Below, in pieces: positions 44,672-54,143 of a DNA stretch of 64,000 nt; the stretch's first letter is position 1; every line of letters starts with the position of its first letter. The notes under the pieces are model-generated. The model saw only the letters and a list, made by a program, of their open reading frames with translations, did no database searches and was not told where the DNA came from. Source of the DNA: Candidatus Babeliales bacterium. GTDB taxonomy: Bacteria > Babelota > Babeliae > Babelales > JACPOV01. The stretch spans positions 876,529 through 940,528 of the forward strand of contig DATALT010000002.1 in the NCBI GenBank assembly GCA_036260945.1, given 5' to 3'. Made by a program: the position numbers and the translations under genes.

Positions 44672-46026
44672 AAATTAGAAAGTACTTGCTGATCATATGC
44701 GCTTTTATTAAAAAGCTTATATAAAACAAGTATGCCAAATGATGCAAAAATAGTCAGCATCGGCTCAATAACGAGCCTATAGCGCGCACATCCATCGTGC
44801 CCGGTCACAAAAATGAAATAGCCGCAAAATGCCAGAAAAAAGAGCGCCAGCCAATATGCTCTTTTTCTTACCAGTACCATAAGGCCGGCGATAATTAAAC
44901 CGTACCGAATAAGATTAAAAATAAACTCGGCCCACCCTATTAAAATAACAATACCATTAGGAGCACCGCGCCTAATATAATTATTTAACTTTTCTATCCC
45001 AGATCCGTCAGCCGAAGATAATGAGGTTGGTGTGCCTTTGAGCTGCTGATTGAGAAGTAATTTCAGTTGCGAAGTGAATAGTCCCCCAACTGTTTTGAGC
45101 ATGCTCTCGCACCAAAGCCGCATTATAAGAAATGGTTTTTTTCTAACAAACCCAAAAAACTCTTGCTGCGCTGCCGCCCACCGTTTATTACTGGTTCGTT
45201 TATAATGGCCGAACGTTGCATCAATTTCCTGATACGCTTGTTCGATCGTTATATGTTGATCGGCACTTTTAAGCTTTGCTAAAAAATAGTAATAGATATT
45301 TTCTTGCATGGTCGGTGCAATTTGAGCTACGCCGTACGTATAATAATTATACGCAAGTAAAAGCGCCATCGGAATCCAAATATAAAAATTAATCATCCCG
45401 AAATATGAACGATTTATGCGCGCATAATTTGGCAAGAGCTTTAGCAGAATCATAAAGATTGGTATAAAAAATAATGGCGTCGGTTTTATAATCAAACATA
45501 GTCCGAACGCACTGCTTGAGATCACCAACGATCGATACGATCCATTTTTGAGAAATACTATTAATCGTTCAAAAAAAAGTATGAGCAAAAAAGTAGCAAT
45601 GGTTTCTGTTAAAATAAATTGCGCAAAAACTAAAAATCCAATATTTATGCAACTTAATAAAAACGCAATCCGGCCCGCGAGCATGCAAAAAAGCTGCACC
45701 GCTGCGGACCAAATTAAAAAACAAATAGCTAGCGTTAAAAGAATCTGCAATAAAATTATGAGTTGATAATGTGCACCAAAAATCGCGTAAATAACTCCCA
45801 TGAAGAGCGGATAGCCAATCACTTGCACTGGTATATCCGCATGATCAGGATCTTTTAACTGATGATTTTGCGCAAAATTTATCGCAATTCGTTCATAGCC
45901 ATACGAATCTAGATCAAAGTGCTGATCTTTTTCCGGCGATGCAAACCAAAGAATGCACGAAAGAAAAACAACAGCACTCATTCCAAATGCCGCGTTTATT
46001 TTATTTGCAGTAATTGCGCCATTCAT
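44656..46026 (-). CDS. polytopic membrane glycosyltransferase, GT-C fold (ArnT/PMT-like)
   Basis: More than 10 TM segments and first-loop DLDSYGYE motif. Translationally coupled between the oxidoreductase (ATGA overlap) and the GT2 gene (16-nt overlap). Confidence 0.55.
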   Translation of the reverse strand: MNGAITANKINAAFGMSAVVFLSCILWFASPEKDQHFDLDSYGYERIAINFAQNHQLKDPDHADIPVQVIGYPLFMGVIYAIFGAHYQLIILLQILLTLAICFLIWSAAVQLFCMLAGRIAFLLSCINIGFLVFAQFILTETIATFLLILFFERLIVFLKNGSYRSLVISSSAFGLCLIIKPTPLFFIPIFMILLKLLPNYARINRSYFGMINFYIWIPMALLLAYNYYTYGVAQIAPTMQENIYYYFLAKLKSADQHITIEQAYQEIDATFGHYKRTSNKRWAAAQQEFFGFVRKKPFLIMRLWCESMLKTVGGLFTSQLKLLLNQQLKGTPTSLSSADGSGIEKLNNYIRRGAPNGIVILIGWAEFIFNLIRYGLIIAGLMVLVRKRAYWLALFFLAFCGYFIFVTGHDGCARYRLVIEPMLTIFASFGILVLYKLFNKSAYDQQVLSNLWIAQ

Positions 46027-48212
46027 CTGAGCTCTTTAGTTCCGCCACCCGCACACGCGAGCTGGTCGATCACAAGCGTAATGTGTGCAACGTTATATAG
46101 TCGCTCAAGAGAGATTGGCGCATTAAAAACCGGCTCTTTAAGCGCACCAAAGAATTGATTAATCAACTCTTCATGCCCTTTATCGGGAGAATTAGTCGTT
46201 TCGTTAAATGAACGGGGTAATCCGTATCCAACAAGCGTTTTATAATCGTCCATCACAATAGATTTTGAATCATAGAAAAGTTCCATGCGCTCTTTACCAA
46301 GGCCGCTATGCCCAAGAGCCGTATACATAAGCGTACAAACAGATCCATCTGCAAAACTGATTTGTGATGAAAAATTATCGGTCGGAAACAGATCGTCATT
46401 TGATGGTTTTATCGATTCGACAGAAACAGAAACGGGCTGTGAATCGGTCAGATAACAAAAGAGATCAAAAATATGGCACGCTTCGCCAATAATTCTTCCT
46501 GCACCAACTTCGGTTTGCACCCAATGATCTTTAGGAATAAATCCGGCGTTCATACGATAATGAATAAGTAGTGGAGAAGTACGTTTTGCGATAGTTCGTT
46601 TTATCTTCTGAATAAATGGCGCAAATGAGCGATTATAATCTACAGTAAATGGCGCTGCGCTATTTTTTTTCAGAAAATCATATAAACGATCAAGTTGATC
46701 AAAATCGGTGACCATGGGTTTTTCTAAAAATACCGCTTTACCACGCTCAAGCGCCGAAAGCGCTTGATCACAATGATATTTGTGTGGTGATGCAATCACT
46801 ACTGCGTCCACCGCATCTTGTTCAAAAAGTGAACAATCTTTAGTGAATGGCCCACATTTTGCATCATAAATTTTCGATGTCGTTATTCCGTTTGCAGTAT
46901 TAGGATCAACGACCGCATTAATATTTACATTTTTAATACGTGCAATAAGAGGCATCAATTTTATTTTTGCAAAACCACCTGCGCCAATAACGCCAACACG
47001 AATCTTGTCTTTTATCGCGGGAATAAATTTAATTTCTCTCGTTTCTTCTTTTATATTTTCTGCTTTTTGATGAGCAACATTGCCAGCAAAATCTTGCTCT
47101 GAATTGTTGAAATCGATCACAACACCAAGCGCTTTCTTCTCGCGCAAGAGAGCGTATCCCTTTTCTGCTTCATCAACAGGAAGCGATGCGCTAATAAGTG
47201 GATCAATGTGCAAACTACCCTGCTCAATGAGCGATACGAACGCCTGCATATTTCTGTTTTCGGTCCAACGAACATAGGCGTACGGATAATCGATACCATC
47301 TTTTTCGTAGGACGCATCGTATCTCCCGGGGCCGTACGAGCAAGAGATGAGAAAATCGATCTCTTTTTGGTAAAGGGGCGCACGCTCAAGCGCAAGCCCG
47401 ACGTCTCCAACAATAATTACTTTCCCTTTCTTGCGCGTTATCTCCATCGCTTGCTGCACGAGCGCGTTACTGCTACTTGCGGCTGCAATAATGGTGCTAT
47501 CGACTCCTTGGTGAGCCGTAAGCGCATTCAGTTCTGTTTGCAGGGACTGTTCGGTGCTATTAAATACGTAATCTGCACCAAGCTTTTTTGCAAGATCCAA
47601 TCGTTCCGGCATTAAATCTACACCAATCACCGTGCATCCAGAATTTTTGAGCAATTGAACCGTTAATTGACCTAAAAGGCCAAGCCCTATAACGGCGACA
47701 ACGTCGCCAAGTTGTGGCTGCGCGCGGCGAACGCCTTGCAACGCGATCGCACCAAGTGTTGTGTAACTTGCTTGCTTAAGAAATGATTTATCGGAAACTT
47801 TTACGACCAAATTTTCTGGAACGCAGACAATATCGGCATGGTTTGCAAGGCCGGCTCCTGCGCATGCTACGTAATCGCCCGAACGAAATTTCGTTATTTT
47901 TTTTCCAACCGCTATCACGGTTCCTGAGCATGAATAACCGAGCGCCTGTAGGTTACCCGCAAATCGTTCGCGAATCAGCGCCTTCGTTCCTTGCACGCCG
48001 TTGGTTGCTATTGATTGCAGAACTTTTGCAACCTTCATGGGAATATTTGAAAGAAGCATATTTTGGGGCGATGCGTTTGCTATCGTTGCATTTTCAGTAC
48101 CAGGGCTTATGCATGAATAATGCACCTGGATCATAATCAGGTGATCATCTAAAACCGGTTCGCATACTTCTTTTATGGTAATCATTCCTTTTTCTAGAAA
48201 TACCTGTCTCAT
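46023..48212 (-). CDS. bi-domain oxidoreductase: zinc-type alcohol dehydrogenase (MDR) fused to a Gfo/Idh/MocA domain
   Basis: N-half has a GroES-like segment plus GLGLLGQLTVQLL. C-half has VGVIGAGGFAKIKLMP and a Gfo/Idh/MocA-like layout. The ATG at 48212 forms an ATGA overlap with the wecC stop. Confidence 0.75.
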   Translation of the reverse strand: MRQVFLEKGMITIKEVCEPVLDDHLIMIQVHYSCISPGTENATIANASPQNMLLSNIPMKVAKVLQSIATNGVQGTKALIRERFAGNLQALGYSCSGTVIAVGKKITKFRSGDYVACAGAGLANHADIVCVPENLVVKVSDKSFLKQASYTTLGAIALQGVRRAQPQLGDVVAVIGLGLLGQLTVQLLKNSGCTVIGVDLMPERLDLAKKLGADYVFNSTEQSLQTELNALTAHQGVDSTIIAAASSSNALVQQAMEITRKKGKVIIVGDVGLALERAPLYQKEIDFLISCSYGPGRYDASYEKDGIDYPYAYVRWTENRNMQAFVSLIEQGSLHIDPLISASLPVDEAEKGYALLREKKALGVVIDFNNSEQDFAGNVAHQKAENIKEETREIKFIPAIKDKIRVGVIGAGGFAKIKLMPLIARIKNVNINAVVDPNTANGITTSKIYDAKCGPFTKDCSLFEQDAVDAVVIASPHKYHCDQALSALERGKAVFLEKPMVTDFDQLDRLYDFLKKNSAAPFTVDYNRSFAPFIQKIKRTIAKRTSPLLIHYRMNAGFIPKDHWVQTEVGAGRIIGEACHIFDLFCYLTDSQPVSVSVESIKPSNDDLFPTDNFSSQISFADGSVCTLMYTALGHSGLGKERMELFYDSKSIVMDDYKTLVGYGLPRSFNETTNSPDKGHEELINQFFGALKEPVFNAPISLERLYNVAHITLVIDQLACAGGGTKELR

Positions 48213-49516
48213 AGGCCGTCCTTTCCGTACATGCGATAGAAAGCGTTGCTTGCAGGCCAATACATTTGTTCCTGACCTTGCTCTTTATGCGGCTCATAAA
48301 ATAATCCGCAGGTGTCGAGCACAATTTTAGAGGCGAGCGTTTCTTTATCGATCGATTTAAAAATTCGATGTTTTACTAAACAAAGTACAATGTCTGCCTG
48401 CCCGAGTCCTTGAGCAAGCGTTACCACCTGAGCGTTAATTAATTTCGTAACGGATGATGGAGAAATATGTGGCTCACAAATCATTAATTCTAATTGCTCT
48501 TTTGCAAGTGCTTCAGCTATGTGAACTGCAGGCGATTCGCGCATATCATCAATGTCTGGTTTATAAGAAAGCCCGAGAATTAATACCTTGCATGGTCGCT
48601 GATGCATCAATTTCCAGCGTACAACCTCTCTTTTAACTTGATGAACCACCGCTTCCGGTTTTTGATCATTAACTTCGCGCGCCATTTTTAAAAGGGCTGT
48701 ATGCTCAGGAAAAGTCTCAATTAAAAACCACGGATCAACTGCTATGCAATGACCGCCAACGCCGCACGATGGGTTAAGAATAGAAACGCGCGGATGTTTA
48801 TTTGCAAGTTCGATTACTTCAAACGGATTAAGATTCATTGAATATGCCATTCCAGCAACTTGATTTGCAAAAGCGATTTGCACATCACGTGAACTGTTCT
48901 CCACTAATTTTACCATTTCAGCTGTCGCAGCGTTCGTTAAATAAAGCGGCCCGACTACAAATTTTTTATAAAATTGTTTTGAAGTTTCGATCGATTCAGG
49001 ATTAATGCCGCCAATAATGCGCGCATTCGAAACCAATTCTCTAAAAATATTTCCTGGTAACACACGCTCAGGGCAATGCGAAACAAAAAAATCTACGCCA
49101 GCTTGCAAACCCGATTGTTGACTCAGCAAACGGGCTAACCGATCGGTTGTACCAACCGGAACGGTAGATTCTAAAATTACCGTATCACCTTTTTTGAGTA
49201 CCGACGCAATGTTAGATCCCGCACTCCACACATAATTTACATCGGCCGTTTTATCTTCATGAAATGGAGTCGGCACCGCTATAATAAAACAATCGGCTTG
49301 TTCTATAGTTGCGGTTGCGCGAAACAAACCACTTTTAAGCGCCGCGCCCAATTTTTCAAAAATTTCTGGCTCTTCAATAACCGGATCGTAATTATTTATA
49401 CGCTCCACTCGCTGCACATCGATATCATATCCAACCACTTGAAATCCGGCTTGCGCCGCAACGATAGAAGTTGGCAGGCCAATATAACCTAACCCAACAA
49501 CACATATTTTTTTCAT
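48209..49516 (-). CDS. wecC: UDP-N-acetyl-D-mannosamine (nucleotide-sugar) dehydrogenase
   Basis: KICVVGLGYIGLPTS and catalytic-Cys region GVGGHCIAVDPWF. Start moved to the ATG at 49516 (SD GGAAGAG), 10 nt after the wecB stop. Confidence 0.85.
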   Translation of the reverse strand: MKKICVVGLGYIGLPTSIVAAQAGFQVVGYDIDVQRVERINNYDPVIEEPEIFEKLGAALKSGLFRATATIEQADCFIIAVPTPFHEDKTADVNYVWSAGSNIASVLKKGDTVILESTVPVGTTDRLARLLSQQSGLQAGVDFFVSHCPERVLPGNIFRELVSNARIIGGINPESIETSKQFYKKFVVGPLYLTNAATAEMVKLVENSSRDVQIAFANQVAGMAYSMNLNPFEVIELANKHPRVSILNPSCGVGGHCIAVDPWFLIETFPEHTALLKMAREVNDQKPEAVVHQVKREVVRWKLMHQRPCKVLILGLSYKPDIDDMRESPAVHIAEALAKEQLELMICEPHISPSSVTKLINAQVVTLAQGLGQADIVLCLVKHRIFKSIDKETLASKIVLDTCGLFYEPHKEQGQEQMYWPASNAFYRMYGKDGL

Positions 49517-49526
49517 TCTCTTCCTT

Positions 49527-50699
49527 TTAAATCTGAGTATGCGCAAGCACATGCATCGATTGATTCTTCCCACCCTGAGGAGCAAAGTTCTCAAGGGCTG
49601 AAACCATTTTTTCAGCTGCATGCCCATCGCCATAAATAGTTTGCATGGTCGATGAGTTGTGTGCCTGGGAAATCATTTTTTTTATGGCTTCAAAAATATT
49701 TTCGTACTGAGTGCCAATGAGCGTAGCAAGCCCTGCCCAAACCGCTTCCATTCGCTCTGTCTCTTCTCGTAAAATGAGAACTTTTTTTCCCAAGCTTACC
49801 GCCTCTTCGCAAATACCTCCGGAATCGGTTGCCACCCAATCTACGTTTAGTAAAAGATAAACTAAATTTTTGTACGAAAGAGGTTTGCATAAATAAATAT
49901 TATGTATGTTCGTTATCCCTTCTTGCTCAATTGCTTTCAATACGTTCGGATTGGGATGATAGGGATAGAAAAATAATATATCTGGATTTTCGAGAGCAGC
50001 ATTTTTTACAGCGCGCAAAATATTTGCAATGCCACCGTTAAATGATTCCCTGCGATGAGCAGTGACAAGAACCAGTTGCCGATATTTAATGTCTTTTTGT
50101 TCGACGGCCATTTTTAATTGTTGATCAACTTCAATCGCACCGTTGATAATTTTTTCTTTAAGCATGAACAGTGCGTCAACCACAGTGTTACCTGTGTGTA
50201 CAACGGCGCGGCGATCAGCTCGCTCAGCAAGTAAATTTCCCACCGCCAACGAAGTTGGTGCAAAATGGAGCCCGGTAATCGTACTAATGATTCGCCTATT
50301 AAGCTCTTCAGGATACGGCGCATAAATAGTTGAAGTGCGTAATCCCGCTTCTACATGCGCTACTGGGATTTGGCAATAGAAAGCTGCAAGTGATGCTGCC
50401 ATCGCGGTTGTGGTATCGCCCATAACTACGACCCACGAAGGTTGGAATTTTTCAAATACCGGCTTTATTTTTTCTAAAGTTTCAGTCGTGATATGGAAAA
50501 GATCCTGACCTGGCCTCATGATGGAAAGCTCAACATCAGGCTTCACCTGAAAAATATCAAAAACTTCCTGAAGCAAATCGGTGTGTTGATTTGTGGCGCA
50601 AAGAATAACCGGCATCAGAGCTTTTTTTAATTGAAAATAAAGAGGAATCATCTTGATTCCCTCCGGCCGAGTGCCGATAACCAACAGAATTGGATTCAT
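49527..50699 (-). CDS. wecB: UDP-N-acetylglucosamine 2-epimerase (non-hydrolysing)
   Basis: VIGTRPEGIKMIPL, VTAHRRESF, DSGGICEEAVSLGKKVLILRE. Start moved to the ATG at 50699. Confidence 0.9.
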   Translation of the reverse strand: MNPILLVIGTRPEGIKMIPLYFQLKKALMPVILCATNQHTDLLQEVFDIFQVKPDVELSIMRPGQDLFHITTETLEKIKPVFEKFQPSWVVVMGDTTTAMAASLAAFYCQIPVAHVEAGLRTSTIYAPYPEELNRRIISTITGLHFAPTSLAVGNLLAERADRRAVVHTGNTVVDALFMLKEKIINGAIEVDQQLKMAVEQKDIKYRQLVLVTAHRRESFNGGIANILRAVKNAALENPDILFFYPYHPNPNVLKAIEQEGITNIHNIYLCKPLSYKNLVYLLLNVDWVATDSGGICEEAVSLGKKVLILREETERMEAVWAGLATLIGTQYENIFEAIKKMISQAHNSSTMQTIYGDGHAAEKMVSALENFAPQGGKNQSMHVLAHTQI

Positions 50700-50917
50700 A
50701 CTTTCTCTCTTAAAAATTATTCCCTCATTGTTGATCAAGATAACAAATACAGATAGGTTGGCAAGTTTGAGACCTACCGGGTAAAACATGCCTTCTTTCC
50801 TGATCGGTTTGGCGGAATATCTGAAAAGTACTTTTTGCCCTTTTTAAATTCTGCACTTTTTTCCAAATTCGGGCTAAGCTTAAATAAAAAATTTCTTCTA
50901 TTGCCAAAAAGGTACCT

Positions 50918-53551
50918 ATGTCAATCGTTGCAGCAAAAAAGGTCTTTAAAAAAGTCTTAAATAACGGGTTAACAATATTGGTTCGCCCAAACCAACTGAT
51001 TCCAAAAGTATCCCTGCAGATGTGGTACAACGTTGGCTCAAAAGATGAAAAAACAGGGCAAAAGGGAATTGCGCATTTAATTGAGCATATGATCTTCAAA
51101 GGTACTCAAAAGCTTTCAGAATCTGATATCAATTTGATCGTTAATAAACTTTCGGGATCCTGCAACGCGTTCACATCGTACGATTATACCGGTTATCTTT
51201 TTGATATGCCTTCGCAGCATTGGCATGAAGCGCTCCCCATTATGGAAGATTGCATGGCAAACTGCACCTTCCGCCAAGAGTTTTTAAATTCAGAGATGAA
51301 AGCGGTTATCCAAGAACTGAAAATGTACAAAGATAATTATCCTTCAACGATTGTTGAAGCGCTTATCTCGGCCATATTCTATGATCATCCTTATCATTTT
51401 CCCATCATCGGCTTCAAACAAGATTTATGGAATATGAAGCGCGATGCGTTAGTTAATTTTTATGAAACGCATTATGTAACTAACAATGCAACGCTCGTAG
51501 TGACCGGGGATGTTTCTGCCGATGATGTATTTGAACGATCTGAGTCTATTTTTGGCGATTTAAAACCCAATCCAGATTATAGAAAAGAAGAATTTTATCA
51601 TCATCTTGATTTAATGACGCAATCAATAACACTTTATCGAGATGTGCAACAACCAATAGTTATGCTCGCATTCGTTGTTCCCGGCGCAAAAGCACAGCTT
51701 GATTATCCACTTGATGTGCTCGCATGGATTTTAGGATCTGGAAAAAGTTCTCGCCTTGCGCACAAACTTATCGATGATCTACAATTAGTAACTGAGCTCG
51801 ATACCTTCACCTACGATCTTTTTGATTACGGCGTATTTTTCATCTACTTCCAGCCAAAAAAAGTGACCGATATCGATTTAATCACCCGCATCATTCATGA
51901 TGAAATTAGCTCAATCGTCACCCATGGTTTAAATACGCGAGAACTGCAGCGCGCAATTAAAAAAACTCATATGGAATATTTAAGCGTGCTCGAATCGAAT
52001 CAAAAGCAAGCGTACGTGATTGGGCAGTCTTATTTAGCGACAGGAAACGAACAGTTCCTCTTTACGTATTTGGATTACCCAACCGAACAGTTAAACGAAG
52101 TGATAAAAAATATTGCGAGCAATTTTATTCGCCCTTCGCTCATGCATAAAGGCACTATTTTGCCAATTGCCCAGCAGGATAAAGATATGTGGCTCATGGT
52201 GCAAAAAGAATCGGATGCTGAAGATGCACGCGTACTTAAAGACGTTGTGCGCGAAGTGCCCGTTGAAGCCGGATCGCACGTTCATAATGTACCTATTTCA
52301 CCTACAAAATCGTTTAATTTCCCACGGCCAGAGAGACTGCAGCTTTCAAACGGTTTGACCGTGCTTTATTACCATAATCCAAATACACCAACCATCGACG
52401 GATTACTGATGCTTAAAGCAAAAAGCTATTACGATCCAGCAGGAATGGAAGGCCTTTATGCGTTCATGACCGGATTACTGGATGAAGGAACAAAAACACA
52501 TCCTGGTAGCGAGTTTAGTGAAGCGGTGGAATCGTATGGAATGAGCTTAAGTTGCTCGCCAGGTTACATTGCGCTCAACATGCTCAGCGCAGATCTTGAG
52601 CAAGGACTCGGGTTTATTACAGAGATGATGTCTGAATCTTCATTCGATGAGGATGCAATAGAAAAAGTTCGTGAACAACTCGTTTCGGACGTAAAAGATT
52701 ATTGGGATAGCCCCTCAGAATTCACCGTGCAATTAGCACGCGAAGAAATATATAAGAATCATCCCTATAGCAAACGGTATATGGGCGATATTCCAACGCT
52801 AGAGAAGATTAAAAAAGGTGATCTCATTCGCGCGTACAAGCAATTTGCAACCCCAAACGAAGCAACGCTGGTGCTTGTTGGTGATCTAGAATCATATAAT
52901 ATTAAAGCGGTACTTGAAAAAACGATCGCCAAATGGCAAGGTGGCCCAGCAAGCTCAATAGCATTTCCTACGTTGCACACCATTAAGCCCCATGAAATTG
53001 TTTATCAAATCAATCGTGATCAAATAGTATTGGGATTTGCAGGATTATCAGTTGCGCGTAGCAATCCAGATTTTGATAAAATTTTACTTTTTGATCAAAT
53101 ATTTACGGGCGGCGTATTAGGCTCTATGAGTTCCCGACTCTTCCAGCTTCGTGAACAATCGGGACTCTTTTATACGATCGGTGGTTCATTGCTCCATCAT
53201 GCTGACGAGCAACCTGGAATGGTATTTATCAAAACGATCGTTTCTCTTGATCGTGTTGACGAAGCTCAACAAGCAATTTTAGAAACTATCGATCATGCTA
53301 CCGATCAAATTGAAGATAGCGAACTTGAGCAAGCACAAAATGGGCTTATCAATTCCATGGTTGATAATTTTGAATCAAATCGCCAAATTGCAGCGACATT
53401 TGCACTTCTTGAACGTTATAAATTGCCTGCCGATTATTTTGATAAAAGACCGGGCCAATTATTAAGCGTTAACAAAGAAGATATTTGCACCGCTACGCGA
53501 AAAGTATTAAGTAGTGAAAAATTAGTGCGACTTAAAGTTGGAAGAATTTAA
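50918..53551 (+). CDS. M16 (pitrilysin/insulinase) family zinc peptidase, double-length, no evident signal peptide
   Basis: HLIEHMIFKGT (HxxEH). ~877 aa, i.e. two M16 halves repeated. N-terminus MSIVAAKKVFKKVLNNG is not hydrophobic. Confidence 0.85.
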   Translation: MSIVAAKKVFKKVLNNGLTILVRPNQLIPKVSLQMWYNVGSKDEKTGQKGIAHLIEHMIFKGTQKLSESDINLIVNKLSGSCNAFTSYDYTGYLFDMPSQHWHEALPIMEDCMANCTFRQEFLNSEMKAVIQELKMYKDNYPSTIVEALISAIFYDHPYHFPIIGFKQDLWNMKRDALVNFYETHYVTNNATLVVTGDVSADDVFERSESIFGDLKPNPDYRKEEFYHHLDLMTQSITLYRDVQQPIVMLAFVVPGAKAQLDYPLDVLAWILGSGKSSRLAHKLIDDLQLVTELDTFTYDLFDYGVFFIYFQPKKVTDIDLITRIIHDEISSIVTHGLNTRELQRAIKKTHMEYLSVLESNQKQAYVIGQSYLATGNEQFLFTYLDYPTEQLNEVIKNIASNFIRPSLMHKGTILPIAQQDKDMWLMVQKESDAEDARVLKDVVREVPVEAGSHVHNVPISPTKSFNFPRPERLQLSNGLTVLYYHNPNTPTIDGLLMLKAKSYYDPAGMEGLYAFMTGLLDEGTKTHPGSEFSEAVESYGMSLSCSPGYIALNMLSADLEQGLGFITEMMSESSFDEDAIEKVREQLVSDVKDYWDSPSEFTVQLAREEIYKNHPYSKRYMGDIPTLEKIKKGDLIRAYKQFATPNEATLVLVGDLESYNIKAVLEKTIAKWQGGPASSIAFPTLHTIKPHEIVYQINRDQIVLGFAGLSVARSNPDFDKILLFDQIFTGGVLGSMSSRLFQLREQSGLFYTIGGSLLHHADEQPGMVFIKTIVSLDRVDEAQQAILETIDHATDQIEDSELEQAQNGLINSMVDNFESNRQIAATFALLERYKLPADYFDKRPGQLLSVNKEDICTATRKVLSSEKLVRLKVGRI

Positions 53552-53553
53552 AC

Positions 53554-54075
53554 ATGCAAAAAATAATTAGAACTTTTTTTTCAATAGTATTTTGCTCAGC
53601 ATTTTTATCGACCTCACTGCTACATTCCGCAATGCTTGGAAGTTTTTTACCTGCGAAGATCTCAAAGCAGGATCAGATTTGCTTGAAAAATAAAACCAAT
53701 AGCTGGATTGTTTATCAGATAATTTCTGATTTGAACATAATAAAGCAATTTGACCCCTTTACTTACTCACCTCTTATAAATGAATGCTCTACCATAATTC
53801 TAGAAGGTGCGCTTCAAGCAAAAAGCTCAGTAACGGAACCTACATTCGATCGGCCTTTTTTTTGCACGCAAGAAACGGATGGCAAAAGTATAATAGTTCG
53901 CCCTTACTGGGGAGACAGTACCTCAATAAACGCCAAATTAATGAACTATGACGAAGAAACTGGATTGTATAGTTGTGATGATCAGATAACACGCAAAATA
54001 AATAAAACCGGCACTTTTCTCTTTTATCTTCAAAAAAATAGTAAATTAAAATTCGTTGAAGGAAAAGATAATTAA
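53554..54075 (+). CDS. hypothetical exported Cys-containing protein between the two M16 genes
   Basis: Starts 3 nt after the M16 stop. Signal-like FFSIVFCSAFLSTSLLHSA|ML. No recognisable domain. Confidence 0.5.
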   Translation: MQKIIRTFFSIVFCSAFLSTSLLHSAMLGSFLPAKISKQDQICLKNKTNSWIVYQIISDLNIIKQFDPFTYSPLINECSTIILEGALQAKSSVTEPTFDRPFFCTQETDGKSIIVRPYWGDSTSINAKLMNYDEETGLYSCDDQITRKINKTGTFLFYLQKNSKLKFVEGKDN

Positions 54076-54143
54076 GTGGAAGGATTTAGAAAAAGCTATT
54101 AATTGCAGAACAAAAGAATAAAAAAATATTAAAAGAAGAGTTG

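Noticed and set aside
50725-51099. A 124-aa minus-strand ORF spans the wecB / M16 divergent promoter region and the 5' end of the M16 gene.
   Set aside because: It overlaps the 5' end of the M16 CDS in antisense and the wecB upstream extension. It has no motif support. The wecB start at 50699 with an SD is the better model.
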